Assembly (NCBI GenBank): GCA_028534125.1
Contig: CM052841.1
Coordinates: 55,428,001-55,491,876 of the forward strand
DNA from: Lama glama
Taxonomy: Eukaryota
DNA: 63,876 nt
Reading direction: 5' to 3'
Shown here: positions 12,440-24,699 of the stretch, piece after piece
How positions within the stretch are numbered: position 1 is the stretch's first letter
Layout: every line of letters begins with the position of its first letter
Program-made: the position numbers and the translations under genes
The notes under the pieces: model-generated
The model's database searches: none
Told to the model about the DNA's origin: nothing
What the model saw: only the letters and a program-made list of their open reading frames with translations

Positions 12440-12640
12440 CCCTCCCTCTTCCCTGAATCACTTCCACAGCTTTCCAATCCTTCTCTCTTACTCCCTTCCA
12501 CGCATTCCTCACGCTGCAGCCAGAGCAACGTTTCTAAATGTAAAATCAGACCATGTCAATCGCAGGTTGCAAATTGTTCTTGTTTTCCTGTTGCCCCTCA
12601 GATAAGGCACCAGGTTCCAACCTGCTTAACCTGAACCCAC
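12440..12640 (+). mobile_element. L2 fragment (continues at about 14000-14420)
   Basis: ctcacgctgcagccagagcaacgtttctaaatgtaaaatcagaccatgtca. Confidence 0.75.
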
Positions 12641-12713
12641 GGCAAACTCTGCTCATCCAGCATAGCACAATCTTCCTCTGAGCCAAAATGTAGCCACAAC
12701 AGAGACTCAATGT

Positions 12714-13024
12714 CAGTGTTTTTCAAACTGCAAGGCCCGCCCCATTCGTGGAGGTGGAAATCAGTTTTGCTGGTAGGCACCAGCATTTTTTAAAAATAAA
12801 CAAATCAGAAGGGAATAGATTATATTAGAATCGAATAGAGCAGAAATATCAAGACGCATTGCAGGGAGGAAGGTTTAAGATTTTCTTTTTTTTTTTTTTT
12901 CCATGAGTTTCCACTTCAATGACATATCTTGGTATCTCTAGGTTTATTAAGTGTCAATGTAAAATGTATTTTTTAGCATGAGTTAGGTCAAGAAGTGTAA
13001 AAACAAAACGAACAAACACCACTG
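12714..13024 (+). mobile_element. hAT-Charlie MITE (MER112-like)
   Basis: TIRs cagtgtttttcaaa ... caccactg; internal accagcattttttaaaa, gaaatatca and atgtaaaatgtattt. Confidence 0.7.
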
Positions 13025-13156
13025 CTCTAAAGAGATACGTACTAACACTCTGACAATTAACGAGAGTTTGAAGGTTGCTTGAAATCAATTTGCCACCCTA
13101 ATTTCCTTTCATTTTTGGTTCTCAGCTCCCATCCAGCCTTATTTCCTACCATGACT

Positions 13157-13970
13157 GCAGGAGTACCCCCTAAAACCATGGACAGTACGCAACACTATAT
13201 ATTATATACTATGCGTTTTTTCCCATGCGTATATACCTTTGATAAAGTTTGATATATAAACTACAGTAAGAGAGTAACAATAATAACTAATAATAAAATA
13301 GAACAATTATAATAATATATTGTAATAAAGTTATATGAATATGGCCCCTCCCCCTTTCTTTCTCTATCAATATCTTATGATCCAAAAGTAATGCCTTTTC
13401 CAACTTAACTAAGCACTTGTCATGCACTCTGGCCATCACTTTTGCAGTTTAAGTTTCAACAGCAAAGCTAGCACAAACCTCTTTTTTTTCCTTCCTCACA
13501 ATTTCATGGATGGAAGATTCATTCTTACCATAAATCTTAGCACCTGGGCATATGATTCTTCTTCTTTCTGTATTAAGTTCAGAACTTTCACCTTTTCACT
13601 GAAAGGAAGCACTTCACTGCATCTCTATGACATATTTGAATTGCCAGCATCACCACGCTTGCACCCCAGGGCCATTATTAAGTCAAATAAGGGTTCCTGA
13701 ACACAGCACTGAGATTCCAAGACAGCTGATCTGATAACCAAGATGGCTACTGACTAACGGGAGGGGATTCCACTGGACAAAGGGACGATTCAGGTCTCGG
13801 GAGGGACAGAGCTGGACAGTGCGAGATTTCATCGTGCTCCTCAGAGAGGCGTGCAATTTAAAATTTTTGAATTATTTCTGGCAGTTTTCCATTTAATGTT
13901 TTTGGACTGTGGTTGACTGTGAGTAACTGAAACCACTGAACGTGAAACTTTGGGTAAGAGGAGACCGTTG
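13157..13970 (-). mobile_element. Tigger7/MER44 (TcMar-Tigger) with a decayed transposase N-terminus
   Basis: Reverse strand follows MER44/Tigger7 (gtttcagttactcacagtcaacc...gatgctggcaattc...gtgaaaaggtgaaagttct...gtgcttagttaag); coding remnant LPFSEKVKVLNLI with stops and frameshifts. Confidence 0.85.
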
Positions 13971-13999
13971 CGTTACTCAAAACACACTCACACACAAAG

Positions 14000-14420
14000 A
14001 CTTGGAGGTCCAGGCTTTCTTCTGCCTCCCTGCCTTTGCAGGCGCTGTTCCACCTGCCTGGGTGCTTTTCTCCCCACGACCTTCCTATAACATCCTAAGC
14101 CTCCTTGGAGACTGACTCTGGTACCCCTTCCTCTAGGGTGCCTGCCTAGACTTGTCTTTTTCACGTATCCTTCCCCAGATTCATGATCCCAATGCCAAGG
14201 GCAGTTCCTCTCCCCACCCCCAAACACAGCACCCGGGTTATTGATCAATCAGGGAACTTAGCAAATGGTAGTGGGGTTATTTGCCTGTCAATCCATTTTC
14301 CCCAAGAGACCTTGAGTTCCTTGAGGTCAGGGATCAAGTCTTTTCTCTCCGTGTCTCCAGAGAGCTGTTGCTGAGCCTGGTCAGTGGGAATCTGGAGATC
14401 GGTAAACATATTTACCAATA
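14000..14420 (+). mobile_element. L2 3' end
   Basis: gcctttgcaggcgctgttccacctgcctggg...tgagttccttgaggtcagggat. Confidence 0.75.
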
Positions 14421-14489
14421 GACCATGGATCCTGTCCCTTTCTTTCTTCCCTGGCCGAGATTTGGGGCATAGAGCCTGAAGCCCCAAGG

Positions 14490-14830
14490 GCTTGTGTTCA
14501 TTATCCGCCTAATTCCTGCAGTCTTAACAATTGCCATATTTGACATCAGTTTAAAGACCCTGTGTCAGTCTGTCCTTTTGAGGGAGTTGTGCAAAAGCCA
14601 GTCCATTTTCAGACATTGCTCCCGACTAAAGCTGGACAATAGCTCTACAGAGATTGCAGCAAAGAAAGGTCTGCAGCTCACAAAAGTCAGTTCAGTAATA
14701 ACGTGGGAGCAAAGAGGTAAAGTACAGCAAAGGCAGCAATTTGGTAGCGATAAAGCTATTGGTCTTGGAAGTGGAAGATCAATTTTAAATAATCGACACA
14801 GAAGATTATCTCTGAATTGACACCAAGTGG
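14490..14830. promoter_or_regulatory. Candidate conserved non-coding element
   Basis: Repeat-free block dense in TGACA/TGTCA, TAAT, ACAAT and GATAA motifs; conservation not tested. Confidence 0.4.
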
Positions 14831-15474
14831 CCCGGGAGATGTTTGCTGGCTATCCCTCCTCGTCCGTCTCTATTCAGGGAGAGCTTGACTGGAAATTTGG
14901 GCTAAATGAAGGAAAAGGTCGGGGCAAAGGCTCTAAGTGGCTGAAACTGACAAGGGCAAACATGGGACAGTGTCCGAGTCTCGTCTTCTTTTGAGCCCAC
15001 CTGGCATGCTCTTAAAGAAAGAGAAAGTACGTTAAGGCACTTTGTCCAGGCTGCTTTTAACAGTGATGCTCTCAACGTCTCACCTCCCAAGGTAGGCATA
15101 CTGCAGTCAGCGGACAAGGTCACCAAATCTCCCAGAACTCCTGGAAGGATGGAGGCTTTTTATTTCTGGAGTAGAGCACCAGTTTGCTTTAAATGCTACC
15201 TCTGCAGCAGGACACAAAAATTGATTTACTTCCTTAATGCATCAACTGCCCCCCTGGTCTGAGATCATGTCTAAAAACATGGAAAATCCCTTCCCCTTTG
15301 GTCCTACAGCCAGACTTTTTGGGAACCCAGCCGTTGCACTGGTTGGTGCCTGTATTTCCGCCATTCCAACTCAAACTCATGATGACCAAAATCTAAGATC
15401 ATTTATCCTAATATCCTTCCCATCATCCCTTTTCTGTTTTTTTTTCCTTTTTCCCCCAAATACTTGCTCTAGAG

Positions 15475-15675
15475 CAAGGTTTCTCAGCCTCTATGCTACT
15501 GGCATTGTGAGCCAGCTAATTCTTTGCTGCAGAAGGCTGTCTCCTCATCCTAGGATGTTCAGCAGTCTCCCTGATCCCTGGCTGTAACCATCAAATGCCA
15601 ATAACACCTGCCCGCACCCCTGACATTTCCAAATGTCCCATTTGGAAGCAAAACCACCCCTGATTGATAATCATC
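15475..15675 (+). mobile_element. MER20 (hAT-Charlie)
   Basis: ggtttctcagcctc..gctactggcatt...taattctttgctg...aggatgttcagcag...gacatttccaaatgtccc. Confidence 0.85.
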
Positions 15676-16619
15676 ACCTGAAGTTTTATCTGGAAAACAC
15701 TTTTTAACACTGCACTGAACTAGAGTTCCATGTCATATACTTTAAGAAATATTGATTTCAACTAATTTTTGCCACACTAATAGATACCATGTGATATCAA
15801 GGTTCCATCTGGAATCCAGAGCTTGGCAGTTTTCTTTCAAGTTCAACCACAAGCATCCTAACGGTGGGGTGGTGGACTTCTCTCTCACCACCGCATGTCT
15901 GTAAGCTCCTCAAAAGCAGAGACCTGTCTACCTGATACAGATACAGCATCGACTACCCTGTGTACAGCATCCGGCAAACCTAGGTGCCCAAGATATACCC
16001 TTGAATGATCTCTGGACAAGGACCACATCTCATTCATGTCAGTAGAACCATCCACCCAGCCCCATGCATTTAGTGAAGCAACTTTACCACAAAACCTACT
16101 ACATCTATTTTTGTGAAACACATGAAGGAACCACCAAGGTAGTGGATTAGAACTAAGATTCACGCAACTCTGAAATAAATATGCCAGTTAGGCAATCAGA
16201 CTTGGTTTACCAATATGTGATTTACACTCAACTTTCAGGTACTTATTCAAGGCTCAAAGGAAGGTACACCATAAGCCACAAACCACTTGCTCTGAAACTT
16301 GGAGGGGAAATCACTCAATAGGAAACCACCTTTTGTGACACAGTGACCGCCATCATCGGGGTCCCGCCTCCCCTTCCCCGACTCTCCGAAACCAGAGCTT
16401 ACAAAGGGTACCGCAATTCTCCTTTTAAATTCACCTCTGGAATAACTGCCAAATTGACAGCAACTACTGATGATCCCCAAGTCAGGAAAAGACAAACAGA
16501 AAAGGAAAACCCCAAAAGGCGGTGGGAACACAGGAAACACTCTTTGGACCAAAGTGACTATCAAATTATCATGAGAAGAAAAGGAATCATTTCTGGTAAC
16601 ACAACCAGCTCTCTGAGGT

Positions 16620-16780
16620 CATGGAGGGAACGGCACTTGTGCACAATTCCAAGCTCTGTTTGCTTGATAGCTAAGTTACTTCTGGCCACAAGAACTCAAG
16701 GCGTTTAATATTGTTTCCATTTTACAGATGAGGAAACTAAGTCTCAGAGAGGTTACACCTTGCTCATGGTCAACGGAAAC
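16620..16780 (-). mobile_element. MIR SINE
   Basis: ccattttacagatgaggaaactaagtctcagagaggtta. Confidence 0.85.
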
Positions 16781-16829
16781 CTCTCCGTATTTGGTCATAA
16801 ACTAAGTAAGTAAGAACTGAGAGAGGCTT

Positions 16830-17040
16830 ATGACCAAACAGAGTTCAGGGCTCAGGCTGTGAAGTCTCCGAGCCCTGCTTTTGCTTCCTAACTCGGCCTC
16901 TTCCCAGACATGTGATGTGAACCATCTCCTTCATCACTAGGTACCTTAGTTTCCTCACTGGGAATATGGACAAGACTAGTATTTCCCTCACAGAATGGAG
17001 GTGAGTATTTAGCAATTAATATATGTATGGGCTTAACAGA
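16830..17040 (+). mobile_element. MIR SINE
   Basis: ggctgtgaagtc...tgtgatgtgaac...ccttagtttcctca...cctcacagaatggaggtgag. Confidence 0.65.
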
Positions 17041-17635
17041 AAGTGAAAATTTTATCGGAATAATGATTTAGAACCTTAATGGAAAAAGATCTCCAGATCT
17101 AAGAACATTTAAGTTTTACGAAGCATTCTCACATTAAGCTGACCTCATCTGAACAGGCAGGTAGGACAGATGCCATCATCCCTGTCTATGGAGAAGAATG
17201 CAGAATATCTGAGCAGTTATTATCCATACCTATCTGCAGAATGACAATTGTTGGCTTTCTCTCTCTTTTTTTCCCTGAATCTTCCACCCCCATCTCTGAG
17301 CTTGGTGAAGGAGGAGGTGGACACTGCAGGTCGTGGGTCTGTGTGTGTGGGGGTGTGTATGTATATGAGTTTTACTGTTTTCCTTTGGTCATCTCTGTAT
17401 TACCAAATCACAGCAGTTTACAGAATATGATTGGCGTTAAGTTCTAAAGCAATGGATGGATGAATGAGTGAGTGATGCACGAATACATCTGCCCAGGGAT
17501 GAGAAATTTAGAAAGTGGTTCCAGAATAAAAAAAAATTTTTTTTAATTAGAAAAAAAAAAAAACTTGAGCCTCCAGACTCCAAGTCCAGAGTCCTCTCCA
17601 GTACTCCATGCTGTAATTTCAAATGACAACATTTC

Positions 17636-17820
17636 ACGGAATCACAGAATTTCAGGGAAGGGAAGGAACTTGGAGACTATCTTAGCAAATATTCCCATTT
17701 TACAGATGAGAAAACAAGAACTCAAAGAAGTACCATGACTTGGCCAAAATCACACATCTGGGAGGCAGGCGAGCTGAGCCAGCACCCAGATTCTCAGCCT
17801 CCAAGATCAGTGAGGCTGCC
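17636..17820 (-). mobile_element. MIR3/MIRc SINE
   Basis: gaatcacagaattt...ggaaggaacttggagac...cccattttacagatgagaaaac...tgacttggccaaaatcacaca. Confidence 0.8.
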
Positions 17821-19967
17821 ACTGCCCCCTAGTGGATTGGATTCCAGAGCCGAGAACTCCCCCAGCCTCTGTGCGTCTGCTCAGATTTATGAGCGACAGA
17901 GCATGAACCTCGGGCACCCACACTACAGTTTGTGCACACATTATTGCTCAGCTTGTGAAGCCACACAGGAGAAGACCTCTGCTGGGATTTAATTTGAAAG
18001 GTTCTCATCACGGCCTGGGGCACTGACTCCCCACGCAGACTCCATGAGCCGAAGCCAGGCTCTGCCTGCTTATGCCTGAGGACAGAGATGGCCCGAATCC
18101 ACTTATGCGAGGTGGGGAAGACTTCCTCCCAGTTTCTTTCCGAAGCTCCCAGATCACCCTGGGTCCCAGCCTGGGTCTTAAGGTCCGGGGGCCTGGCCGA
18201 AGCTGGAGTTCTAAGACATTTCAGAGAGGCATCAGACAATCTGGCACGTTCTGGTAGTAAAGCCTTTCTTTTGTGATGCAAATGTCAAGTTTCTAATGTG
18301 CTCCGTCCAGGCCAGCACACAGGAAGACACACGAGAAATCACGTGTGGACATGCCTTAGTGTGTCAGCAAAGCGGTGAAGACAAAATGTCAGCTGACAGC
18401 TGCCCCAGTGAGGACTTCCTGGCTGGCTTTTGCTCTGGCCTGAACCTGGTCCAGATGAGCACACGTCTCTGAGCTCCCATTTGCATGTGTGTGTCCAGGA
18501 AAGAGGCGCCCCGCCTAACCTTTGCACATAATAGGTTCCAAACCAATGCTTATGATCCCCCAGTGATGTCTGTCCTGCACTTCTTCTTTTAGAGCACTTG
18601 TGTGTGTGTTTAATTAATGCGATCCTACGGGAGCAAGGACCGTGTTTGTTTTACTCACCATTGTGTCATCTGCCTTGAACACAGTGCTGGGCCTGGAACT
18701 GGTGCTTAATAATTATTTGAGGATTAAATAAAGGAAGGAAGGAATAACTAGATGACCAGGGGCCTGACTTCTGGGTTAAACTCCATTATTTAATTAACCA
18801 TGTGACCTTGGTTAAATCTTACACTTAATTTTAGAGCTAGAAAGGACCTTAGAAATCCGCTTGGTGGATGATTGTAAACTTTGTGCTAGCAGTGGCTTCC
18901 AGAGAAAAGCGTGGGTGAAATCTGAACACAAGAGCAGGTGCAAACCTTCTCCGGCAGAAGGGCTGTGTGAGGCCGGGGGTCCTGCCGGATCAGCCCCGCC
19001 TCCCTGTACTACTGTGACTTCTATGTCTTCTTTCATCCGTCCTCAAGATTTCAAAAAGCATAGCACTGATCCACATCAAGCCTGTCATTTGATAGATGAG
19101 GAACGTGGCATCCAGGAGGGGAGGAAGCTGGCCTACTGTCACAAGACTAGTGCCTGGAGAGCTGGACTTAGGATCCAGATGTCCTGACCCCAAACTCATT
19201 AGCAACTTTTTACTTCTCATCTTTCCTAAACCTACCTCCAAAATGCTTACAGAGCGGTTGGGAGGGAAAACGTTCGTGAGAGCCCTTTCAGAGCCTCGAG
19301 ACACTCTACATTTGGAAGCCATGCTGGGGGGGGGGAACGGGGACACGTAGCTTACTGGTTGAAAGGAGGACTCTGGGGTCAGATGCATCAGTGTTTGGGC
19401 CCCAGCTCCACTCCCTAGCGATGGATGAGCGAGGGCCATGCAGTCGACCTCCCCGTGTCCTGGTTTTCTAGCATTGCTCAGCCTCAGAGAGGATGTCGTG
19501 AGAATCGAATGCCCTCCCTTCATGGCGCATCCAAAGTGTTCAAAAAAGGCTACCAGTGTGGAGCATTCTGCATCTGCAGTTCAACCCTGGGTATCCATTT
19601 AAGTATACGTCGCTTCAACAGCAATCACGAGGACACAGCAATCATCTAACGTTCACAAGAGCTCCCTTATAAAACCCCGGTAGAGCCCTCACCATGTCCT
19701 ATTATTACTGTTTGTCTTCAAGCCAACCTTTTTCCAGTGCCAACCCCAGGGCCAGGCACACAATCGTTGCTAAGATACGTTTGCAAACAATGAATGGATG
19801 TCTGTAGTGCTGGCAAACTCATCATCAGACTCTGTTTCCAGTGCAGGCTCCACCTTTCCTTGGCTACAGAACTATTCCAGTCACTTCTCTTCTGATCCTG
19901 AAAATGGAAATATGGGCCCTCGTCCTCCCAACCTTAAAGTGTCCTCAGGAGGCTCAAGTGTAAGAGG

Positions 19968-20467
19968 NNNNNNNNNNNNNNNNNNNNNNNNNNNNNNNNN
20001 NNNNNNNNNNNNNNNNNNNNNNNNNNNNNNNNNNNNNNNNNNNNNNNNNNNNNNNNNNNNNNNNNNNNNNNNNNNNNNNNNNNNNNNNNNNNNNNNNNNN
20101 NNNNNNNNNNNNNNNNNNNNNNNNNNNNNNNNNNNNNNNNNNNNNNNNNNNNNNNNNNNNNNNNNNNNNNNNNNNNNNNNNNNNNNNNNNNNNNNNNNNN
20201 NNNNNNNNNNNNNNNNNNNNNNNNNNNNNNNNNNNNNNNNNNNNNNNNNNNNNNNNNNNNNNNNNNNNNNNNNNNNNNNNNNNNNNNNNNNNNNNNNNNN
20301 NNNNNNNNNNNNNNNNNNNNNNNNNNNNNNNNNNNNNNNNNNNNNNNNNNNNNNNNNNNNNNNNNNNNNNNNNNNNNNNNNNNNNNNNNNNNNNNNNNNN
20401 NNNNNNNNNNNNNNNNNNNNNNNNNNNNNNNNNNNNNNNNNNNNNNNNNNNNNNNNNNNNNNNNNNN
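19968..20467. other. Assembly gap (500 N)
   Basis: N-run. Confidence 1.
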
Positions 20468-21702
20468 CTCTTAAATTCAGACAGGGATCAAACGGGACTT
20501 TAAACACAATTATTTTAGTCTCGCTTTAAGTCAAAGACCAAGACAATAGCTATTCTATTCAAAAGAGGGGCGCATGACCGCTGAACAAGGCTTAACAAAA
20601 AAGGCAGCCACAAGGCACTTTTTGAGATTCTTTAGCCTCTCACCCACAGGATGACAGAAAGAGTGAGCCGGGAGTTCGACGGAGAGATGACGGCGTGCTG
20701 TGAATCCTCCTGTCCGCTCCCACACAACTCAAGGCGGGAGTCAGGATAGAAGCCCCGCATCTCAAGCTTCCACAAGACCACACAAAGAACGAGCTAAATG
20801 TCCCCAGGAGCTTGGGGGGATATGGCAGATTGGGTGTCTGACTCACACTGCAGAAATCTAAAAAAAGAATTCTAAAGAGGGAATTCTAAAGGGGGCTGAA
20901 ACCTGGCGGCAGAGTAGAAGCTGCAGACTGGAAAGCAAATGCTAAGCGCATGTGCAAAAGGAATGCTCCCCTGTGGGTTGGAGGAGGGCCACACGCAAGA
21001 GAAAGGTTGCCCTAGATCCCAAACTGGGGGGGAAAGGGGACGCCAGCAAGAGAATCTGGAATTGTCCTGACATGGATCACTGGTCCAGGGAATGAGTGGT
21101 CAGCCAGCAGCCGAAAAGACATGCATCTTCCTTCATCAAAGAATCACAAGGGAGAGATCTCAGGGATGAAGGGAAGCCCCAAAGATGCCCCCCTCCAAAA
21201 ATGTTGCAAGTTTTGAAAAGTTAGCACCAAATGCCTGCCAAGCCCACAGAGAACTGAGGCTAAGTTGTCAAAAAAGTGGAAGCCAAGGAAGACTCTTTTA
21301 CCTTCTTATCTCTGCATCCTTGACCAAACTCGACCCCCCAAAGAAGTCAAAGTCAAGGTCAGGAAGATGGAGGCGACAGGACAAAATCGTAAGCTGAGGA
21401 AACACAGGAGAAGCTGGAGGAAAAGTGAAGTTTCCACTTTAAATATTTTTTTGATTTATTTGCTGTAACACGCTGGACACTTTAATTACAGAACTGAGAC
21501 TACATGTGAGATGGAAAGGTGAACAGAGAAAATGTTGAACGTAATTGGGGAAAATCATGGACTCTTGCCTTAACTTTCATCCAACTGTCAAGGGAAACCT
21601 CATAAAAGTAAATTTAAACGGAGTGAGACAAGAATTAAGTTTTTTTGTTTGTGTTTTTTCCCCTGACTTTACTCTGAATCCTGTTTAGACAGAGAAAAGA
21701 TT

Positions 21703-22199
21703 TGTGAGCAAAAAATACTGCAAACCACATTAGTAAACAAAGAAAGCTGAAGCCATCAAGTCATCAGCGGCTGCCGCCACCCCCCAGTGAAGACAAGCCT
21801 GCAGCCCGGCCTCTGCAGCCACTCACGATGTGCCCTCTGAGGGGACTCAGAGTAAGAAAGGACAGGATGCTGGCCCTAGATGGCGAGGTGCTTGTCAAAG
21901 GAGTGAATTCAATGAGCCCAAATGTTTGCTTCCTCCCATATATAGAAAAGCGCTAAATTCTTTAACTTGAGATGTCTGGTTTTCTTCAGTTAACAAGTAA
22001 TCTTTTAAGGTTCCAACTACCTGGTCTTTGTTGTAAAACTCCTATACATCCTGGCTCCTCCCCCACCTCTTCGGAGCAGTCCCCCAGAGCGCTCTGGGAG
22101 GCTGACATCCTGGGCTCGAAGGGGTTCGAGTCCTCAGAAACGTCCACCAAATAAAACAGAACTCTCAATTTTTAGGTTGTGCGTTTATTTCAGTCGACA
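21703..22199 (+). mobile_element. Solo ERV1 LTR, MER41-like artiodactyl family, with 4-bp TSD GATT
   Basis: tgtgagc...cagtcgaca termini; gatt at 21699-21702 and 22200-22203; AATAAA at about 22150; ctcaatttttaggttgtgcgtttatttcagtcgaca is a typical MER41-type 3' end. Confidence 0.85.
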
Positions 22200-22523
22200 G
22201 ATTTCATGTATTAAAACACTTTACTCCCTTCCTCAGCTCAACGTAAGAGTCCAATGAACTCCAATTAGAATTTGCTAACCGGGACACACAAGCAGGAAAG
22301 AATATCAGAGTTTACAGTGATGTATTTATTACCCACTTTCAACACTCAGCCCGAGTATCAGTCACAAGTCAGCAATGATACTAGAGTGAAGAGTGGGAGC
22401 CCTCCACAGCACAAAGAAGCTGGCTTCCATCTTTCCTTCCTCGTCCGTATATATGACCTTAGAGATGTGGAGTTTCGAATTATGTCATCTGATTTTAAGT
22501 AAACGAACTTTCACAAAATAAGC

Positions 22524-22900
22524 CAGTGGCTCAGAAAGAACCTGTGCATGACGCTATTGATAATAATTCAGACCAGGGTGAACAAGAAAAGGGTGGAGGA
22601 CCAACCCCATTGCAATGCCAAACCAAAACAGTAAGGATCTAATCGTATTTTTCAAGGATTGGCCAAAACAATTCAAGATGATCAAGCTCTTCTGCTTCAT
22701 CAAAATACGGATTTGCATATACAATGGTCAATGCTGATCCTCGCTCGAAGTGAACAGTGAGCCCTGGGGAGCTGTGATATGAACTAGTGAAGGGAATATG
22801 CATAAATAATCTAGATACATACATTCATAGGGAGAAATGCAGTCAAAAAATTGCACTGGGTATCATCTGTGTGGTCACAAAAAAAGCCTGGAAACCACTG
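22524..22900. mobile_element. Possible hAT MITE
   Basis: cagtgg...ccactg inverted ends and ggtcacaaaaaaagcctggaaaccactg terminus; interior not recognised. Confidence 0.35.
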
Positions 22901-22999
22901 GAATGAGTGTTCATTATAACGTGTATATTTTATGATTTTCAACCACATAATAATATCTCTAGGAAATCCCATGGGCTTTTCAGAATCAAAGTATCCCAG

Positions 23000-23720
23000 A
23001 AGACAGCCATCATCACTCTCTCAAATTTCCTCTTCTCAAGGCCTTCCACGTTCAAGTGAAGCACAGTCTCCCAAATCATGGCCGTAAGAAGACTGAAATT
23101 TCTCCTAAATTCCTCCTCCACCCTATTCAGCCATCTCCCTCACCACCACCGTCTCCACATCCTGTCAGTTGACTTTGTTTTCAGATTCGTCCACGTCTTC
23201 TGACAACTTTATCCTACTCCTGTCTTCCATGCAAGCCTCAGTGTGACCCTGTAATTCTCCTCCCTTTCCTGTTATATAGTTTACTCCATAAACCCATCCT
23301 CCTCTGGTACCTGGTACCACGTGGCTCTCTCATGTGGACTATCACAGTCATCTTCCTATGGGTCTTACTGGTCCACGTATCTCCGGCACCTCCATCCTAA
23401 GCACCATTCTAGTTGCTAGAGTGATTTTTCTAGGTACACGTATGACCATGACACGCCCCTAATTAAACAGATTCAATTGCCCTGCCTTTTAGTCTCTCAT
23501 TCAACATCTCTGAGCTGGATCACCAGTTTTTCTACTTAACAGTTCCACATTCCACCCTGAAGTCTCCCTGTTCACTAAATTCTCTCCCCAACTGCACTGA
23601 TGGGGAGACACAATAAAAGTCATGTTTCACTGTCTTTGCTTATTCTGTTTGCTCTTCTTACAATGTCCATTCCCATCGCCCACCTTTACAATAGGCTATT
23701 CATGCTTCACGCTAAATTTT
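23000..23720 (+). mobile_element. L2 fragment
   Basis: ctctcatgtggactat...ttcctatgggtct...ctagagtgatttttcta...tgaccatgacac. Confidence 0.65.
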
Positions 23721-23744
23721 AAATGCATTAGTAAGGGTGAGTAC

Positions 23745-23950
23745 AAGAATACTGTGCACCTGCTAGACGCTGGACACTATGCTGGACTATTTCACATGCT
23801 CAATGGCATTAAATCCACAGAACCATCCTATGAGATAAACAGCATTATTTCTATTTTGGAGATGATAAAATGGAGATTCTTCTAAAAAATAATGTTATTT
23901 TTGTGATGTCAAATTATTTAAAAATGGCAGAACTGAATTTCAACCTAAGG
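23745..23950 (-). mobile_element. MIR SINE (host of the L1 insertion at 23958)
   Basis: ggacactatgct...aaatccacagaaccatcctatgagata...tattttggagatga. Confidence 0.7.
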
Positions 23951-23957
23951 TAATTCT

Positions 23958-24017
23958 TTTTTTTTTTTTTTGAAGTTTGCATAGACTTTATTTTTTAATT
24001 GAAGAATAGTTGATTTA
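23958..24017 (-). mobile_element. Extremely 5'-truncated young L1 with 17-bp TSD
   Basis: polyT plus ttaattgaagaatagttgatttacaa (L1 3' terminus), flanked by caacctaagg(t/c)aattct at 23941-23957 and 24018-24034. Confidence 0.8.
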
Positions 24018-24699
24018 CAACCTAAGGCAATTCTAAGTTCTGTGACTCAGTGCTTTCATGTACTAAGCTAAAAACTCACATTGTCCTGTCGTAGTTTTCC
24101 TGTTTAGACAATCACGAACAATCACAAGTTTACTGTAAATATGTTAACGAGGAGAATGGCTAAGTCGAATTGCGGTAGGAAACTTTTGGAAATTCTGAAC
24201 CTCAGGAAGACCATGACAAGCTGAAAGAAAAGGGAAATGTGTGGAATACTTGCTTTGTGATTTGGGGGGATCCTAAATACTGCAATTTTGGGGGGTAATT
24301 AACAATGTAAGTTACGTAGAGCATGCTTTTCTTCATAAATATTTCATTTGGAGACGCATTTGGAAATGGGGAGATCTAAATTCAGGGAAGCTGACTTTTA
24401 AGCGTTCCTTCAAAGTTGTCAGCAGTCTCCGCAGGAGCTCTTCCAAAAAGGAAAGTGAAATTAACATTTTGGAATGTCTTTTCTAAGCCAGTTTGGTAAA
24501 ATTCAACAAATATAACTTGAGTCTCGAATATTTTAATTAGCTCTCACCGTCCAGAGTCAGAGGTGGACGCAGAAACAGGAAATTTAAATACAATGTAACA
24601 GGGCAAAAACAGGGTACGCTCAGTGTTCTGTGGGGTGTGGAGCCCCTCCGCCCCCATGTGTACCTGGGACTGGAACCAATCATGTGAAAGGCACAAAAT

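Noticed and set aside
13422-13700. 92-aa plus-strand ORF, or a functional transposase
   Set aside because: Antisense to a decayed Tigger7 transposase remnant; the sense frame is disrupted.
19798-20529. Long ORFs of 243 and 208 aa, and similar ones at 35.8-36.3, 58.8-59.3 and 62.6-63.1 kb
   Set aside because: Their length comes from reading through N gaps.
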